Shown here piece after piece: positions 63,801 to 64,000 of a stretch of 64,000 bases of DNA; positions within the stretch are counted from its first letter, which is position 1; the number at the start of each line of letters is the position of its first letter. This DNA comes from Botryllus schlosseri (taxonomy: Eukaryota). Both the position numbers and the translations under genes were made by a program. The stretch covers positions 8,062,001 to 8,126,000 of the forward strand of contig CM119371.1 of assembly GCA_051294905.1 (NCBI GenBank), written 5' to 3'. Under the pieces are notes generated by a model, which worked only from the letters and a program-made list of their open reading frames with translations, was not told where the DNA came from and ran no database searches.

Positions 63801-64000
63801 CATCTGTATACCAGTCTGTTAATTATCCACACGGAATAATTATTTCTGCTGTAATATCAAATGAAACGCGATCAAGTCTGAAATGTAAAAACAAAGACAA
63901 ATGATGGTGATGTTACATGCTGGTTACATGCGGAATGCAACTATAAGATTGTGGCCCTATTCCGAAGCCACATTGTTTCATCGTTATCACGATGCTATAG

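Overview
Eukaryotic (animal-like, AT-rich, intron-containing) genomic DNA, dense in non-autonomous DNA transposons. Most ORF-track entries are spurious. Supportable content: (1) a tandem triplication at about 1-8000 carrying a tRNA-Ile(AAT)/tRNA-Phe(GAA) pair only 7 nt apart, in different states of decay, plus an inverted relic of the same pair at about 62.0-62.2 kb; (2) a three-member spliced orphan gene family on the + strand (A 9126-19560, B 23823-35198, C 52276-58329). Each has 6 coding exons joined by phase-1 introns and a 64-nt intron just before the ATG. A and B lie in a direct segmental duplication of about 12-14 kb and encode acidic, probably disordered proteins of about 280 aa with one C-terminal transmembrane helix and a short tail rich in N-glycosylation sequons. 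C has a poly-Asp tract instead of the helix, and two of its exons are split by MITEs; (3) a decayed THAP + YqaJ-exonuclease transposon (ISL2EU-like, 41201-43046) whose ~365-bp inverted repeats each contain a THAP start; (4) LINE fragments (Tx1/L1-like at the duplication junction, L2-group inside a MITE); (5) many hAT-type MITEs with 8-bp TSDs, often nested, and a perfect 40-bp-arm palindrome. Gene models were read by eye from splice signals and paralog comparison; no expression or database evidence was available.
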